Origin: a virus
DNA length: 41,593 nt
IMG/VR virus record: IMGVR_UViG_3300020595_000003
Location: 1-41,593 of that record
Direction: 5' to 3' (one strand)
Every line of letters begins with the position of its first letter. Position 1 is the stretch's first letter. The position numbers were made by a program, and so were the translations under genes. Shown here one piece after another: positions 40,739 to 41,593 of this stretch. The notes beneath the pieces are model-generated. The model saw only the letters and a list, made by a program, of their open reading frames with translations. It was not told the DNA's origin and did no database searches.

Positions 40739-41593
40739 TTAAGCAGTTTTGATTTCGACTGCGCACTCAGGACGTAGAACGCCGTGGCCCATCGCGTATT
40801 TTGCGGCCATTAGCGTACCTTGGTACATGACTTCAAAGTCGCCAGATGTGCGTTCAACAGCAAGGTCCATCAACTTAACTGTACCGATTGCAGACTTCTG
40901 CATGACCAGTGCGGCAGTAGTTGAGAAGTTACCGGAGTAGGTATTATTCTCGCCAGATACGGCTGCTACGTTGCTTGTCGGTAGGTTGTTAGTCTTAACA
41001 ATCTGGATACCAGCAACTTTCAGAACTGTGCCTTCAGCGTATACACCGGCTCCGCCCCAGTCACGATTGATGACTGATGTCTCTTGAACCAAGTTGTAAT
41101 ACTGAGCAGGGGCCACGAGTGCCACGCGTTCGTTCTCAGGAACATCTTTCTCGTCCATAGCTTTCGCTGCGTCGAAGATAGCTGCGGCCAAAGCTGAGCC
41201 AGATGTTTTAGCTGTAGCAGACACAAGGGCTGTACCGCCGTTGCCGCCAGAGACAGTCGCTGCTGAACGTGCGCCCAATAGACCTACGCGCATTGTGCGT
41301 GTGTCGAATTCTTTAGCCAAGGCCATACCCAACAGACGTGAATATTCTGCACGTACGTCATAGTGGTTCTTAGCTTCATCGATGTTTGCAATGAAAGTGT
41401 CAGCAATTAGAACGTCATCGATGTTGATAACGATTTCGTTGTGAGCAATTTTCTGTGTACCCAACAAAGGTGTACCTACAGTGTGGTAAGCAGCGTTGGC
41501 TTTACCAGTCACTGGGAAGGACGCTGATTTACCTGACGCGATGGTGCGTGAGACGTGCAGGTCCTTCATTACGTTTACTTCGTCAAATGCGGT
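40739..41593 (-). CDS. Major capsid protein, main body (T7 gp10-like); the 5' end continues at 235-128 after wrapping
   Basis: SGKSASFPV.GK, DEAKNHYDVRAEYSRLLG and AKYAMGHGVLRPE match the T7 gp10 segments SGKSAQFPVLGR, EDAMNHYDVRSEYTSQLG and AKYAMGHGGLRPE. Confidence 0.9.
   Translation of the reverse strand, partial: TAFDEVNVMKDLHVSRTIASGKSASFPVTGKANAAYHTVGTPLLGTQKIAHNEIVINIDDVLIADTFIANIDEAKNHYDVRAEYSRLLGMALAKEFDTRTMRVGLLGARSAATVSGGNGGTALVSATAKTSGSALAAAIFDAAKAMDEKDVPENERVALVAPAQYYNLVQETSVINRDWGGAGVYAEGTVLKVAGIQIVKTNNLPTSNVAAVSGENNTYSGNFSTTAALVMQKSAIGTVKLMDLAVERTSGDFEVMYQGTLMAAKYAMGHGVLRPECAVEIKTA
41467..41593. repeat. Exact 127-bp terminal redundancy (copy 2), identical to 1-127
   Basis: See feature 1-127. 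Confidence 0.9.

Noticed and set aside
40739-40800. T7-style -1 frameshift extension of the capsid (10A/10B)
   Set aside because: The -1 frame closes within a few codons of the stop, and the terminator begins 11 nt downstream, so there is no room for an extension.

Overview
The window is essentially one complete, circularly closed phage genome. Bases 1-127 are identical to 41467-41593, so the unique length is about 41,466 bp. It is a T7-like podovirus, and every core gene lies on the minus strand in T7 order: early genes, single-subunit RNAP, gp2.5-like SSB, endonuclease I, T7-lysozyme-type amidase, gp4-like primase-helicase, family A DNAP, gp6-like exonuclease, portal, scaffold, capsid (split by the window junction), tail tube A/B, internal core proteins, gp17-type fibre, holin, TerS and TerL. 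Nucleotide-metabolism genes typical of marine podoviruses are interleaved: a class II-like RNR, MazG, a ThyX-like gene, DUF3310 and an HNH endonuclease. The notable content is accessory. (1) A lysogeny-type module has two intact, convergent tyrosine integrases bracketing a 60-nt tRNA-Ser(GCU) 3' fragment (candidate attP), an intrinsic terminator and five helically phased 11-bp repeats. A MarR-like/coiled-coil gene is translationally coupled to one of the integrases. (2) Five opposite-strand islands are present, and all except the integrase island encode signal-peptide or membrane proteins (moron-like). One cassette is flanked by a degenerate duplicate of the RNR 3' end. (3) A conserved 25-nt promoter-like element occurs twice, and a TATAGGG-containing inverted repeat lies in an ~0.75-kb gene-poor control region. 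(4) Two long collagen-like (GXY) fibre genes are adjacent. (5) The endonuclease I gene has no canonical start codon. No rRNA, full-length tRNA or CRISPR array was seen. All homology statements come from motif recognition by eye, not from searches.
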